A DNA stretch of 64,000 nucleotides from an uncultured Pseudomonadota bacterium (GTDB taxonomy: Bacteria > Myxococcota_A > Polyangia > Fen-1088): positions 192,001 to 256,000 of the forward strand of contig CAWKBC010000029.1 of NCBI GenBank assembly GCA_963847705.1, in the 5' to 3' direction. This document shows, piece after piece, positions 1-9,781 of the stretch. Each line of letters opens with the position of its first letter. Within the stretch, counting starts at the first letter, position 1. The position numbers and the translations under genes are program-made. The notes beneath the pieces are model-generated. The model made no database searches. It was not told the origin of the DNA and saw only the letters and a list, made by a program, of their open reading frames with translations.

Positions 1-463
1 AGGTGTCCGAACCGCCCCGCCCCAGCGTGGTGATGTTGCCGCTCCGATCGACCCCCTGGAACCCGGCCACGACCGCGATCTTGCCGTCCTTGAGCGCGTC
101 GGTGATGGCGCGCGCGTCGATCTCCTGGATGCGCGCGCGGGCGAAGGCGCTGTCGGTGAGGATGCGGACCTGATGCCCGAGGAGCGAGACCGCCTTCCCC
201 CCTTCGGCCTGGATGGCCAGCGCGACCAGCCCGACGCTCACCTGCTCGCCGGTCGAGGCGATGACGTCCAGCTCCCGCTCGTCGGGGACCTCGGCCAGCT
301 GCTTGGCCAGGCCCAGCAGGCGGTTGGTCTCGCCCGACATCGCCGAGACGATCACCACCACGTCGTGTCCCTGGCGCTGCGTGGCCAGGCAACGGCGCGC
401 CACCGCGCGCATCCGGTCGATGGTGCCGACTGAGGTCCCGCCGTATTTCTGAACGATGAGCAA
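1..463 (-). CDS. lysC: Aspartate kinase (3'-truncated by window edge)
   Basis: Minus strand reads (TTG)[20 protein letters not shown]...[16 protein letters not shown]...VVAGFQG, the classic aspartokinase N-terminus; not in the ORF track because it runs off the window. Confidence 0.93.
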   Translation of the reverse strand, partial: MLIVQKYGGTSVGTIDRMRAVARRCLATQRQGHDVVVIVSAMSGETNRLLGLAKQLAEVPDERELDVIASTGEQVSVGLVALAIQAEGGKAVSLLGHQVRILTDSAFARARIQEIDARAITDALKDGKIAVVAGFQGVDRSGNITTLGRGGSDT

Positions 464-471
464 GGCGCGAC

Positions 472-500
472 AATTTCCACTCCCCGGGCCGCCTCGTCAA
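472..500 (-). promoter_or_regulatory. Putative sigma70 promoter for lysC (likely leaderless)
   Basis: Minus strand TTGACG-17 nt-GAAATT, ending 8 nt before the TTG start; the -10 match is weak. Confidence 0.4.
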
Positions 501-505
501 GAGTT

Positions 506-588
506 GTGGGGACCCTGGGAGGTCCCCACGCCCCCCCGACGGACTCCGCGGGGCCCGGGGTCCCCGCGCAGGTCCGCCTCCCGGGGGG
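506..588. repeat. Two adjacent GC-rich stem-loops (REP-like palindromes) between divergent lysC and cutA
   Basis: gtggggacc/ggtccccac 9-bp inverted repeat, then nested ccccccg..cggac..cgcggg / cccgcg..gtccg..cgggggg. Confidence 0.55.
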
Positions 589-643
589 TGGATGGAAGCC
601 CGGCTCCGTCCACGCGATCGTGTCCTTATGGTAAACCTCGGCC

Positions 644-982
644 GTGGCTGAAGCGCTGGAGATTCACGTGACGATGCCGGACGTCGAACAGGCGCAGAAA
701 CTGGCGCGGGCGCTGGTCGACGAGGAGCTGGCCGCCTGCGTGAACATCGTGCCGGGCGTTCGGTCGATCTACCGCTTCGAGGACAAGGTCCACGAGGAGG
801 ACGAGGTGCTCTGTCTGATGAAGACGCACCCCGCGCTGTTCGAGCGGCTGCGCGATCGGATCCTGGAGTTGCACTCCTACGACGTCCCCGAGATCCTCGC
901 CTTCAAGGTCCACGACAGCAGCAAGGCCTACATCGACTGGCTGCACGGCTCGGTGGCCGTCACGGAAAGGGGCTCGGAATGA
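644..982 (+). CDS. cutA: Divalent-cation tolerance protein CutA
   Basis: LVDEELAACVNIVPGVRSIYRF...LHSYDVPEIL...YIDWL, CutA1 signature. Confidence 0.95.
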   Translation: MAEALEIHVTMPDVEQAQKLARALVDEELAACVNIVPGVRSIYRFEDKVHEEDEVLCLMKTHPALFERLRDRILELHSYDVPEILAFKVHDSSKAYIDWLHGSVAVTERGSE

Positions 983-2504
983 CCGCGCCCGTTCGATCGA
1001 CCGCGGGCAGCCCCAGCGCCGGGCGCGCCCACACCTCATAGGCGTCGTCCCGGTAGACGCGCCCGAGGCCCGACCCGCCCGGCAGCGCCCCGGCCAGCGG
1101 CTCGTTCCGCGCGACCAGCGCCGCGTCGGGTGCGTAGCGCGCCAGGATCCCGTCCCAGCCTGGGCGCGCGCGGTGGATCGTCTGGTCCTCCTCCAGCACC
1201 TCGGGCGCGTAGGCGACCTCGTACCGGCCGTCGAAGCTGACGCGCGCCGCCGGGTGGAGCTTCCAGATCACGAACCCGCCGTTCACGAACGACGTCACCA
1301 GCTTGCCGTGGAAGCCCGCCTCGGCGAGGTAGGCCACGGCGCCCGCGGGATAGACGACCGCTCCCGAGGCAAGGTCGCTCCCCTGGGCCGGGATTCGCAG
1401 GCGAAACGGATGCAGCGGCAGCGCCACGGCGAGGAGCGCCAGGCCGACCGCCGCGCAGACGACGATCAGCGTGTCGGCCACGCGCCGGCGGGCGACCGCC
1501 GACGCGAGCAGCTCGCCGAGCGGCGTGGCGGCCAGATAGCCGGGGACCGCGCAGAACCAGGCGAGGGCAAACAGGGCCACGTGCCGCTCGTGCCGCCAGG
1601 CCGCCCAGGCGGCGACCACCACGAACGCCAGGCCCGGCAATCGCCGGGGCCCGCGGCGCACGACGGCATAGACGACGAACAGAACCGCCAGACCGAACGC
1701 TGAGAGGCCGATGACGTAGGGGCTCCGGACGAGGGGCGCCCACTCGCCGATCCGATCGCGTGGGAAGGTGATGCTGCGCCACCAGCCGACGTAGTAGGCC
1801 CGCCCGTAGGGGGTGAGCGCCATCAGCCCGGGCGTCGCCGCGACGGCGGCGACGAGGTGCCAGGCCGGACGGCGGCGCAGCAGCTGCTCGAGCGCGTGGA
1901 GCGCCACCGCCGCCACGCCGACCACCCATCCGCCGTGCAGGTTGATCCAGAGCGCGACGACCGGCAGGGTGATCAGCAGGAATCGGCGCGGCCGCGGGTC
2001 GTCGCGATCGCGATCGATCTCCGCCAGCAGCACGGCCAGGAACAGCATCGTGTAGAGGCCCGCCCGGATGGTGGTGAACGCCACTTGCCCCAGCAGGATG
2101 GCGATGGGCGCGCAGAACGCGACGACCACGGCGGGGGCCCGGCGCCGGGCCGCGGCCGTCGCGACCCAGGCCACCGCGGCCGAGACCAGCCACCGAAACA
2201 GCATGATCCCGGGCGCGCCGAGCGTGGTCGCGATCCCGAAGAGGAGCGCCCCGGCGCCCCACTCGTGCTGCACCGCCGGCACGATGGTGTGGGTGAAGGC
2301 GAAAGTGTCGTGCAGCGGCAGCGTTCCCGTTCGCAGCCATTCGCGGAAGAGCGCCATCTGATGAAACCCGTCGGGATCGAAACCGGTCTGCTGGCTGAGA
2401 CGCTCCATGAACAGCGCGCCCAGCCCGAACGCCAGGGCCGCCGACAGCGCGCGCCGGCGCCGGACGGCGCCGGGCTCCGGGGAGGCCGGCGCGGCGCCGT
2501 TCAA
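960..2504 (-). CDS. Polytopic membrane protein, probable GT-C-like glycosyltransferase
   Basis: TTG start overlaps the upstream TGA (TTGA); many hydrophobic helices; DPDGFHQ, HEWG, WINLHGG, IGEW and FDGRYE motifs. Confidence 0.6.
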   Translation of the reverse strand: MNGAAPASPEPGAVRRRRALSAALAFGLGALFMERLSQQTGFDPDGFHQMALFREWLRTGTLPLHDTFAFTHTIVPAVQHEWGAGALLFGIATTLGAPGIMLFRWLVSAAVAWVATAAARRRAPAVVVAFCAPIAILLGQVAFTTIRAGLYTMLFLAVLLAEIDRDRDDPRPRRFLLITLPVVALWINLHGGWVVGVAAVALHALEQLLRRRPAWHLVAAVAATPGLMALTPYGRAYYVGWWRSITFPRDRIGEWAPLVRSPYVIGLSAFGLAVLFVVYAVVRRGPRRLPGLAFVVVAAWAAWRHERHVALFALAWFCAVPGYLAATPLGELLASAVARRRVADTLIVVCAAVGLALLAVALPLHPFRLRIPAQGSDLASGAVVYPAGAVAYLAEAGFHGKLVTSFVNGGFVIWKLHPAARVSFDGRYEVAYAPEVLEEDQTIHRARPGWDGILARYAPDAALVARNEPLAGALPGGSGLGRVYRDDAYEVWARPALGLPAVDRTGAVIPSPFP

Positions 2505-5287
2505 GGGCGGGCCTTCAAGCTCTCGGCCGCGGCACGCGACGCCGCGACCACCATCGGCTCGGTGTCGTGGCGGGCGGCCTCGGTGAGGACAGCGATGAGG
2601 TGGCGCCGGGCGACGCCGTCGCTTCTGCGGTTGCCGTTCCCGTCGCCGTGGCCGTTGCCGATCTGGGCCAACGCCGTGGCCGCCGCCGCCCGGACCGGCA
2701 CGTAGGCGTCGTGCTGCAGGCACTCGACGAGCGCCGGGACGGCGCCCGGATCGCCGAGCGCGCCGAGGGCTTCGACCATCTCGCGCCGGTTCTGCACCTC
2801 CGGAAGGTGCGCGAGCAGGACGGGGACGGCGCGCCGATCGCCGAGCTTTCCCAGCGTCACGATGATGAGTCGGCAAAGGAGGATGTCGTCGTGGCGCTCG
2901 AGGGCCTGAGCGAGGACGGGGATTCCACCGCCGTCGCCCGCGGTCGCCAGGGCCAGCGCCGCCCGCGTGCGAAGCTCGACGGCCGTCTTCGGGTCGCCGA
3001 CGAGGGCCGTCACCCGCGCGCGGTGGGTCGCGTCTCCCAGGCGGACCGACCCGACCGCGGCCCAGTCGGCGAGCACGCCGTCGGGATCCGCCGCCGCGCG
3101 CACGAGCGCCGCCGCCGTCGCCGGCTGCGGTGGGAGACCGACCAGAAGCTCGGCCGCCTCTCGCCTCTCCGCGACGGGGGCGGCGCCGTTGAGCAGCGCC
3201 GCCAGCTCGGGCGCGGCGGAGAGATCCCCGAGGCGCCCGCGCTCGATGGCCCTGGGCGCCCTCCGGTCGGGGGCGCCCCCGCCCGCCGCCCCGCTCCCGG
3301 CCGAGGTCTCGGGCGGTGCGGGCTCGAGCACCAGGTGGGCGTCCAGCCAGCCGTCGAGCAGGCCGTGCAGGTACGCGACCCGCTCGGGTCGCTCCTCGGC
3401 GAGGTTGTGGCGCTCGTGCGGATCGCTCGTCAGGTCGTAGTAGGCGCAGAAGCCGAGGCGCATCTCGCAGATCAGCTTCTCGCCCGCGACCGACACCATG
3501 CGCTTGTCCTCGAGCTCGGCGAAGGCCGGCGGCAGGCGCGCGGCCGGCGCCGGCGGCGTCGCCAGCCAGGGACCGAGGTCGGTCCCCCGCATCCGCACCG
3601 GAACCGAGATGTCGAGCAGGTTGAGCACCGTTGGCGTCACGTCGAACAGCTCCACCTGCCCGTCGACCACGTGCGGCGGCACGCCGGGGATCGAGATAAT
3701 GAGGGGAATCCGGAGCTGCTCTTCGTAGAGCGACGAGCCGTGGTAGCGCCCGCCGTGCTCGTCGAACTCCTCGCCGTGGTCGGCCGCCACGATCACGATC
3801 GTTCCCGGCCGCCGCGCCCGCACCTCCTTCACCAGCCGCCCGACGGCGGCGTCGGTGTAGGCGATCTCGCTGTCGTAGCGGTCGATGTCGCCCGACCCGA
3901 AGGGGAACCCTTCGTGCGCCACGTAGGGCTCGTGCGGCTCGAAGAAGTGGACCCAGACGAACGAGCGCTTCGGTTGGACCGTGTCGTAATAGGCGAGCAG
4001 CTGATCGACGCGGCGCTGGGCGTCGATGAACTCGAACTTGACGTACTCGAAGTCGAAGTTCGTCTCGGCGAAGGTCTTCAGCTTGTTCGACTCGATGTAG
4101 AAGACGGCCGGCGGATAGAAGGCCGCCGTCTTCCAGCCATAGTTGCGCAGCACCGCCGCGAGCGTGTCGTGCCGCTCCCCTGGCGCCAGGCGCGCCATCG
4201 TCGGGAAGTACTTCGAGGTCAGCAGCGAGGAGACGGAGAACGAGGTGTGCGGCGCCTGGGAATAGACGCGAGAAAAGCGGGTCCCTTCGGCGGCGAGCTG
4301 GTCGAGGTGGGGCGTCGTGTTGCGGGCGTACCCGTAGGCGCCGACGTGATCGTAGCGGAGCGCGTCGATGGTGATGAGCAGGACGTCCGCCTGCGGGCGG
4401 CGCGGCCCGGCCGGGAGCGGTGCAAGACTGGACGGATCGGCACCGTCTGCATGGGTCCCGCCCCCGGCGACGGGGTGCGCGCCGCGCGTGGCCGGCAACG
4501 CCCGCAGCGCCAGCCCGGCGAGCGCCGTCCGTTCGTAAGCGGCGTAGCGCAGCCCCTGGCTGCGGCCAAGGCCGAAGATCGAGGCAACGCAGGCGAGCGC
4601 TGTCGCCGCGGCGAGGAGCCCGACCCCGGCGAGGCGTCCGCCCCGCGCGAGCAACCGGATCGCCAGCACCAAGGCGAGCAGCGTCGCCGCCGCCAGGGTG
4701 AGGTGGAACCACGGGTAGAGCCGCGGCAACACCACCCGGTTGGCGATCTGGCAGCCGGCGCCGGCGGCGAACAGCGCCAGCGAGGCCGGCGCCCCCGCCA
4801 TCCAGGGGCGCGTCGTCGCGGCCTGCGCGCGCCCGAGCAGCCCGCGGTAGACCCGCGCGCCCCACCCGACGGCGCAAAGCGCGCCGAGCGCGAGGGCTGC
4901 CGAGATCAGGCCGTGGGCCGGCACCGAGGCGGCGTGATGGCCGGAGAAGAGGGCCAGGGCGTCGTAGACGACGAGCGGCGCGGCGCCCACCGCGGCGAGC
5001 GCGGCGGCGGTCCGCGCGGGCGCGCCGGTACGCCGGGCGATCCAACCGCCGGCGGCGATGAGCGCCCCGGCAACGGCGCCAGCCACCGCGAGCAGACTGG
5101 AGGCCAGCACGATCAGGCGTACGGCCTTGTCGGCCGAGAGCCCGCCGATCTTGCCGGCGATCGCCAGGGCGGCGTCGAGAGCACCCGCGAGGGCGCCGCC
5201 GACGAGCCCGCTCTTCACCCAGGCGCAGGTGAGGCTGGATGCCGCAACGGTCGCCTTGGTCCGGTCGGGCGGCGCTGGCGTGCTCAT
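2501..5287 (-). CDS. Membrane-anchored sulfatase-like (alkaline phosphatase superfamily) protein with C-terminal HEAT repeats
   Basis: ATG overlaps the recG stop (ATGA); N-terminal TM helices; LLITIDALRYD, SQAPHTSFS, FEPHEPY, ADHGEEF, YHGSSLY; HEAT-like repeats (LGKLGDRRAVPVL, ALGALGDPGAVPAL). Confidence 0.85.
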   Translation of the reverse strand: MSTPAPPDRTKATVAASSLTCAWVKSGLVGGALAGALDAALAIAGKIGGLSADKAVRLIVLASSLLAVAGAVAGALIAAGGWIARRTGAPARTAAALAAVGAAPLVVYDALALFSGHHAASVPAHGLISAALALGALCAVGWGARVYRGLLGRAQAATTRPWMAGAPASLALFAAGAGCQIANRVVLPRLYPWFHLTLAAATLLALVLAIRLLARGGRLAGVGLLAAATALACVASIFGLGRSQGLRYAAYERTALAGLALRALPATRGAHPVAGGGTHADGADPSSLAPLPAGPRRPQADVLLITIDALRYDHVGAYGYARNTTPHLDQLAAEGTRFSRVYSQAPHTSFSVSSLLTSKYFPTMARLAPGERHDTLAAVLRNYGWKTAAFYPPAVFYIESNKLKTFAETNFDFEYVKFEFIDAQRRVDQLLAYYDTVQPKRSFVWVHFFEPHEPYVAHEGFPFGSGDIDRYDSEIAYTDAAVGRLVKEVRARRPGTIVIVAADHGEEFDEHGGRYHGSSLYEEQLRIPLIISIPGVPPHVVDGQVELFDVTPTVLNLLDISVPVRMRGTDLGPWLATPPAPAARLPPAFAELEDKRMVSVAGEKLICEMRLGFCAYYDLTSDPHERHNLAEERPERVAYLHGLLDGWLDAHLVLEPAPPETSAGSGAAGGGAPDRRAPRAIERGRLGDLSAAPELAALLNGAAPVAERREAAELLVGLPPQPATAAALVRAAADPDGVLADWAAVGSVRLGDATHRARVTALVGDPKTAVELRTRAALALATAGDGGGIPVLAQALERHDDILLCRLIIVTLGKLGDRRAVPVLLAHLPEVQNRREMVEALGALGDPGAVPALVECLQHDAYVPVRAAAATALAQIGNGHGDGNGNRRSDGVARRHLIAVLTEAARHDTEPMVVAASRAAAESLKARP

Positions 5288-7566
5288 CCCGCCTCGCCGG
5301 CGAACAGCATCGCCGTTCGCGCCCGCGCCGCCTCGGCCAGGGGCGCGTGGGCGGGATCGACCAGCAGCGGATCGGTCGCCAGCAGCGCCTCCGCCTCGCG
5401 ACGGCCGAGCGCGGTCAGCTCGGCGAACTCCGCCAGACCGGCCGCGCCCAGCGCACCGTCCCCCTCCCCTTCGCCGGCCTGCGCGGTCCCCCACAGATCG
5501 CCGAAACCCCGCGCGGCCAGATCGGCCTCGGCCAGCCGGAACCCGTCGTCCAGCGACGCGCAGAGCGCCAGGCGCGCCCGCCCCGGCGCGTCCTGGGGCA
5601 GCCCCTCGGAGGCGAACAGGAAGCAGATCCCCGCGCGCGCGCCGCGCCCCACCCGCCCGCGCAGCTGGTGCAGCTGCGCCAGACCCAGGCGGTCGGCCTC
5701 CTCGACGATCATCACGGTCGCGTTCGGGACGTCGAGCCCCAGCTCGACCACGGTGGTCGCCACCAACACGTCGGTCCGTCCCTCGGCGAAGGCCCGCAGC
5801 GCCTTCTCCTTCGTCGTGGGAGCGAGCGCCCCGTGCAGGAGGTCCACGCGGGCTGGCGCCAGGGCCCGGCGAAGGCGCGCGTGCTGGGCCACCGCGGTCA
5901 CCGCGCCGGGACGCCGCGCCTCCTGCCGCACCGGACAGACGACGAAGGCCTGACTCCCCTCCCCGAGCGCGTCGCGAAGCCGCGCGTAGGCGGCCTGGCG
6001 TTCCTGGTCGGTGCCACAAACGATCGCCGTCGGCGGCGGCCGGCCACCCGGACGCTCGGTCAGGAACGAAGCGTCGAGATCGCCGTGCAGCGCCAGGGCC
6101 AGGCTGCGCGGAATCGGCGTCGCCGACATCGAGAGCAGGTGCGGTGACCCGCGCGAGAGTCCGAGCGCACCGCGCTGAGCGACGCCGAAGCGGTGCTGCT
6201 CGTCGACGATCACCAGACCGAGCCGCGGCAGCTCTGCCGCGACGCCGAGCAAGGCCTGCGTCCCGATCAGAAGCTGGACGCCTCCCCGCGCCCAGTCCTC
6301 GAGGAGGGCGGCGCGCGCGGCGGCCGGGGTCGCGCCGGTCAGCGCGGCGATCCCGAGCCCGAGGCGGGCGCCCAGCGGCCCGAGCGCGCGCAGCTGCTGC
6401 TCGGCCAGGACCTCGGTCGGCACCATCATCAGGGTCCCCGCACCGGTCGCTGCGACGAGCGCCGCTGCCCCGAACGCCACCGCGGTCTTCCCGGAGCCGA
6501 CGTCACCGACCAGCAGCCGCCGCATCGGGCGCGCCGCCGCCAGATCGGCCGCGATCTCGTCGAGGGCCCGCGCCTGGGTCGCCGTCAGCGCGAACCCCAG
6601 CGCCGCCTCGACCCGCACCCTCATGGCGGCGGCCAGGGCCGGCGGAACGGCGAACGCGCACGGGGCCGCGGCCGCCCGCCGCAGGAGAAACGCGAGCTGT
6701 GCCACCAAGGCGCCCTCGAAGGCCAGCCGGCGTCGCGCCGGCACCAGCTCCTCCAGCCGGGCTGCGTCCTCGTCGGCCGGGGCGTGGACCCGGATGAGCG
6801 CCTCCGCCAGCGTCGGAAGCGCGAGCCGCCGGCGGGTCGCCGCCGGCACCAGCTCGAAGCGGTCGTGCCCCTCGGCGTTGCCTCCGGGCCGGTCTTGGTT
6901 GGCCGCGCCGAGGCGGGCCAGCGCCCCGCCCCGCATCCGCTCGAGCACCCGCCCCTTGACCCCCTGCACGATGCCGTAGCGAGGCCGCAGGCCCAGCCCT
7001 CCGTCGCCGCGCGCCGCCAGCGCCGCCGTGACGACCGATGGCTGCACGAGCTCGCGGGTCCCGTCGGTGGCCGTCCGCAGCGCGCCCGCCAGCGCGACCT
7101 CGCTGCCCTTGGGAAAGGACTTGGCCATCGCCGACGGGACGCGGAACCAGCGCGCGCGCAGGACCCCGTCCCCGTCCTCCAGGAAGACGTCGAGGAGCCG
7201 GCGGGGAAAGACGTGCAGCCGGCGGACCCTCCCGCGCACCAGCACCACCGTCCCGTCGGCCACCTCGGGCAGCGAGGCGATGGACGTCGCCCGCCGCAGA
7301 TCGTCGTACGCCCGCGGCAGTCGCATCAAGAGATCGCGCACCGTTCGAACACCCAGCTCCCCCAGCCGAGCCGCGGTCACCGGTCCCGCGCCGGGCAAGG
7401 TCGAGATCGGAAGGTCCAGCTCCGAGCTCGGAGGCCGGCTTTGCCCGCCGGAGACAGCGTCCGTCGAGGAGATCCGGGATCGGCTCTCGTCGGAGATGGG
7501 AACCGTCGAAAGGTTCCCATGCCCTCCCGCGAAGGACTTCGCCGGGCGCAGCCCTGCTTCGTCCAC
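5284..7566 (-). CDS. recG: ATP-dependent DNA helicase RecG (start uncertain)
   Basis: MRRLLVGDVGSGKT, DEQHRFG, MSAT, VATTVVELGLDVPNA, QLHQLRGRVGRG, DGFRLAEADLAARG. Confidence 0.93.
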   Translation of the reverse strand: MDEAGLRPAKSFAGGHGNLSTVPISDESRSRISSTDAVSGGQSRPPSSELDLPISTLPGAGPVTAARLGELGVRTVRDLLMRLPRAYDDLRRATSIASLPEVADGTVVLVRGRVRRLHVFPRRLLDVFLEDGDGVLRARWFRVPSAMAKSFPKGSEVALAGALRTATDGTRELVQPSVVTAALAARGDGGLGLRPRYGIVQGVKGRVLERMRGGALARLGAANQDRPGGNAEGHDRFELVPAATRRRLALPTLAEALIRVHAPADEDAARLEELVPARRRLAFEGALVAQLAFLLRRAAAAPCAFAVPPALAAAMRVRVEAALGFALTATQARALDEIAADLAAARPMRRLLVGDVGSGKTAVAFGAAALVAATGAGTLMMVPTEVLAEQQLRALGPLGARLGLGIAALTGATPAAARAALLEDWARGGVQLLIGTQALLGVAAELPRLGLVIVDEQHRFGVAQRGALGLSRGSPHLLSMSATPIPRSLALALHGDLDASFLTERPGGRPPPTAIVCGTDQERQAAYARLRDALGEGSQAFVVCPVRQEARRPGAVTAVAQHARLRRALAPARVDLLHGALAPTTKEKALRAFAEGRTDVLVATTVVELGLDVPNATVMIVEEADRLGLAQLHQLRGRVGRGARAGICFLFASEGLPQDAPGRARLALCASLDDGFRLAEADLAARGFGDLWGTAQAGEGEGDGALGAAGLAEFAELTALGRREAEALLATDPLLVDPAHAPLAEAARARTAMLFAGEAG

Positions 7567-7615
7567 ACGGCGAGGGGTGGGCTCGTGGGAGGGGCGCAGC
7601 CCCACCGGCGCCTTC

Positions 7616-8353
7616 TTACCGCTTGAAGGTGAAGCGGAGCTCGTAGTCACAGAGGTGGAAGATGTCCCCCTCTTCGATGCGCTTGTTGTCGATGCGCATC
7701 CCCTTGAAGTCGATCCCGTTGGTCGATCCGAGGTCCTTGATGAAGTACGTCCCATTCCGTCGGATGACCGCCGCATGTTTGCGCGAGATGTTGCCGTCCT
7801 TGATCGGCAGGTCGGACGACTTGGTGCCGCGCCCAATGATGAACTGCTCCTTGTCGATCCGGTATTTTTGATTGTCGAACACGAGATAGACGGGGATCTG
7901 TGGCTGGACGGCGGGGGTCCCATCGAAACCGGCCGCGTGTCCCAGTCCCGCCCCTGCCCCCATCATCTGCGCCGCGCCGTGCGGATGGGGCGGCGGCGTC
8001 GCCGGCGCATCGAACATGGAGACGCCGCCCGGCTGCGGCATGCGCTGGGCGAACCGCGAGCGCCCGGCCGGAGGCGCCGGCGGAGGCGGCGGCAACGGTG
8101 GCGGCGGCGCGGCGGCCGCCGGCGCCGGGCGCTGGCGGTGCTGGGCGCTGGAGGGGGGCGGGGTCAGCTGGCTCTCGGACTCGAGCGCGTTGATGCCGGT
8201 CTGATAGCCGGAGAGCTGCGCGTAGGCCTCCATCGCATCGGCGATCATGTCGTCGACCTCTTTCTCCTGGTCCTCGGCCATGCGCCGAAAGGTGACCCAG
8301 AGCGTGTCGTTGCACTGAAACTGCCGCAGGCTCTTGCGTCCGGGGAGCGCCAT
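7616..8353 (-). CDS. FHA-domain protein with N-terminal ribbon-helix-helix-like region and Pro-rich linker
   Basis: C-terminal FIIGRG..SDL.I.DGNISRKHA..IKDLGSTNG FHA signature. Confidence 0.88.
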   Translation of the reverse strand: MALPGRKSLRQFQCNDTLWVTFRRMAEDQEKEVDDMIADAMEAYAQLSGYQTGINALESESQLTPPPSSAQHRQRPAPAAAAPPPPLPPPPPAPPAGRSRFAQRMPQPGGVSMFDAPATPPPHPHGAAQMMGAGAGLGHAAGFDGTPAVQPQIPVYLVFDNQKYRIDKEQFIIGRGTKSSDLPIKDGNISRKHAAVIRRNGTYFIKDLGSTNGIDFKGMRIDNKRIEEGDIFHLCDYELRFTFKR

Positions 8354-9678
8354 CAGGATCTCTTCTTCACCATGTCGGCCGCCTGCGCGGCCTCCTTGCC
8401 GACGGTATCACCGGCGGGGAAACCCTTCACCGGCGAGCTGTCCGTCGCCAGCTTCTCCAACGCCGGCGCGTCGGGGGCGCGTCCGATCTGCGCGAGCGCC
8501 ATGACCGAGGTCATCCGCGCCAGCGGCATCCGCGAGCCGAGCCCCTGCACCAGCGCCGGGCGGGCCGGCTGGCCGATCTTCTCGATCAACTTGACCAGCA
8601 GATCGTCGACGTCGACCTTCTTGTAGCTGGCGCTGGCGGGGAACGCCTCCAGCCCCGGAACGATCCCGTTGGCTTTTTGCGCCGCCAGCTCCGACTCGAA
8701 CGCGCGGTAACGCACGATCTCCTCTTTGTCCGACGAGATGATGCCGAGCAACCCCTTCTCGGCCTCCAGCCCCCCGATCCCTTCGATCACGCCGAACATC
8801 TCGTCGCGGACCGCCTTGTCGGCCCTGGGATCGGCGGCGACCTTCAGCGCGAACGGCAGGATCGCCGGGTCGCGCCGCTCTCCCAGCGCCCGCGTCGCCA
8901 GGAGCGCCCCCTCCGGCTTGCCGCCGGTCACTTCACCCTCGAGGTACTTCACGGCGACCGGACCGCCCAGCGTGCCGAGCGCCTTGTAGAGGAGCTCCGG
9001 GTGATCCTTGTCCTTGGCCTTGATCTGCGGCGCGCGGCCGATGAGGCCTCCGGCGCCGCGGTCGCGGGCCGTCTCGTCGCCCACCTTGGCCAGGAGGTCG
9101 GCGGCCTGCCCGTAGGGTTGATCGGGCGCGGCCAGCACCTCGATCAACATCGAGGACGAGTCGGGACCGATGGCGGTCAACATCTTTTCGAGCGAGTGCT
9201 CCCCTTGCCGCACCTTGCCCGCCTCGAGCTGCGCCTCCAGGACCGGCAGGATCGCCGCGTCGATCCGCTTCTGATCCTCGGGCAGCGCCACCAGGCGCAG
9301 CGAGAACAGCGCGTCCCGGTAGGCGAGCGCCTTCTCGGGCGCCGGATCCTTCATCGCCACCTCGTACGCCGGCTCCAGCGTCTTGGTGATCTCCGCGCGA
9401 TCGTCGGCGGAGGCGCCGCTCAGGATCGTGTCGACCTCGTTGGAGCGCCCGAGATCGACCAGGGCGACCGCCGCCTCGGCGCGCAGCTTCGGCGCCACCG
9501 AGTGATCGGCGAGCGCGTCGTGCAGCCGCTCCGGTCCCTTCTCGGTCGTCTTCCAGAGCGCGATGTTCTCCGACGACACGCGGCTCGAACAGCCGAGCAC
9601 GAGGACCGCGAGCGCCCACAGCGATTGGCAAGTGCGCGGGAGCGATCCGCGACCCTGCCGCGTCGGCGTACGGGCCAT
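8353..9678 (-). CDS. HEAT/ARM-repeat lipoprotein
   Basis: Lipobox-like LVLGC; repeated helical motifs (RAEAAVAL, ATRALG, RMTSVMALAQIG); TGATG coupling to the FHA gene. Confidence 0.7.
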   Translation of the reverse strand: MARTPTRQGRGSLPRTCQSLWALAVLVLGCSSRVSSENIALWKTTEKGPERLHDALADHSVAPKLRAEAAVALVDLGRSNEVDTILSGASADDRAEITKTLEPAYEVAMKDPAPEKALAYRDALFSLRLVALPEDQKRIDAAILPVLEAQLEAGKVRQGEHSLEKMLTAIGPDSSSMLIEVLAAPDQPYGQAADLLAKVGDETARDRGAGGLIGRAPQIKAKDKDHPELLYKALGTLGGPVAVKYLEGEVTGGKPEGALLATRALGERRDPAILPFALKVAADPRADKAVRDEMFGVIEGIGGLEAEKGLLGIISSDKEEIVRYRAFESELAAQKANGIVPGLEAFPASASYKKVDVDDLLVKLIEKIGQPARPALVQGLGSRMPLARMTSVMALAQIGRAPDAPALEKLATDSSPVKGFPAGDTVGKEAAQAADMVKKRS

Positions 9679-9781
9679 AGAGCGGATGTAACTACGGCCG
9701 GTTGTGACCGTCAAGGCATTGCCGGACGGTATCGTCGGGCATTGCCGCATCTGGGGCCTTCGGATAACGTCGCGTCACCTC

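Noticed and set aside
466-640. Lysine riboswitch upstream of aspartate kinase
   Set aside because: No recognisable L-box core, and the hairpins lie upstream of a promoter-like element adjacent to the start codon
960-6797. Very long Arg/Ala/Pro-rich ORFs and N-terminal extensions (960-5045, 2567-5953, 5058-6797 and many similar)
   Set aside because: Shadow frames of high-GC genes; real starts were assigned from stop/start overlaps and motifs
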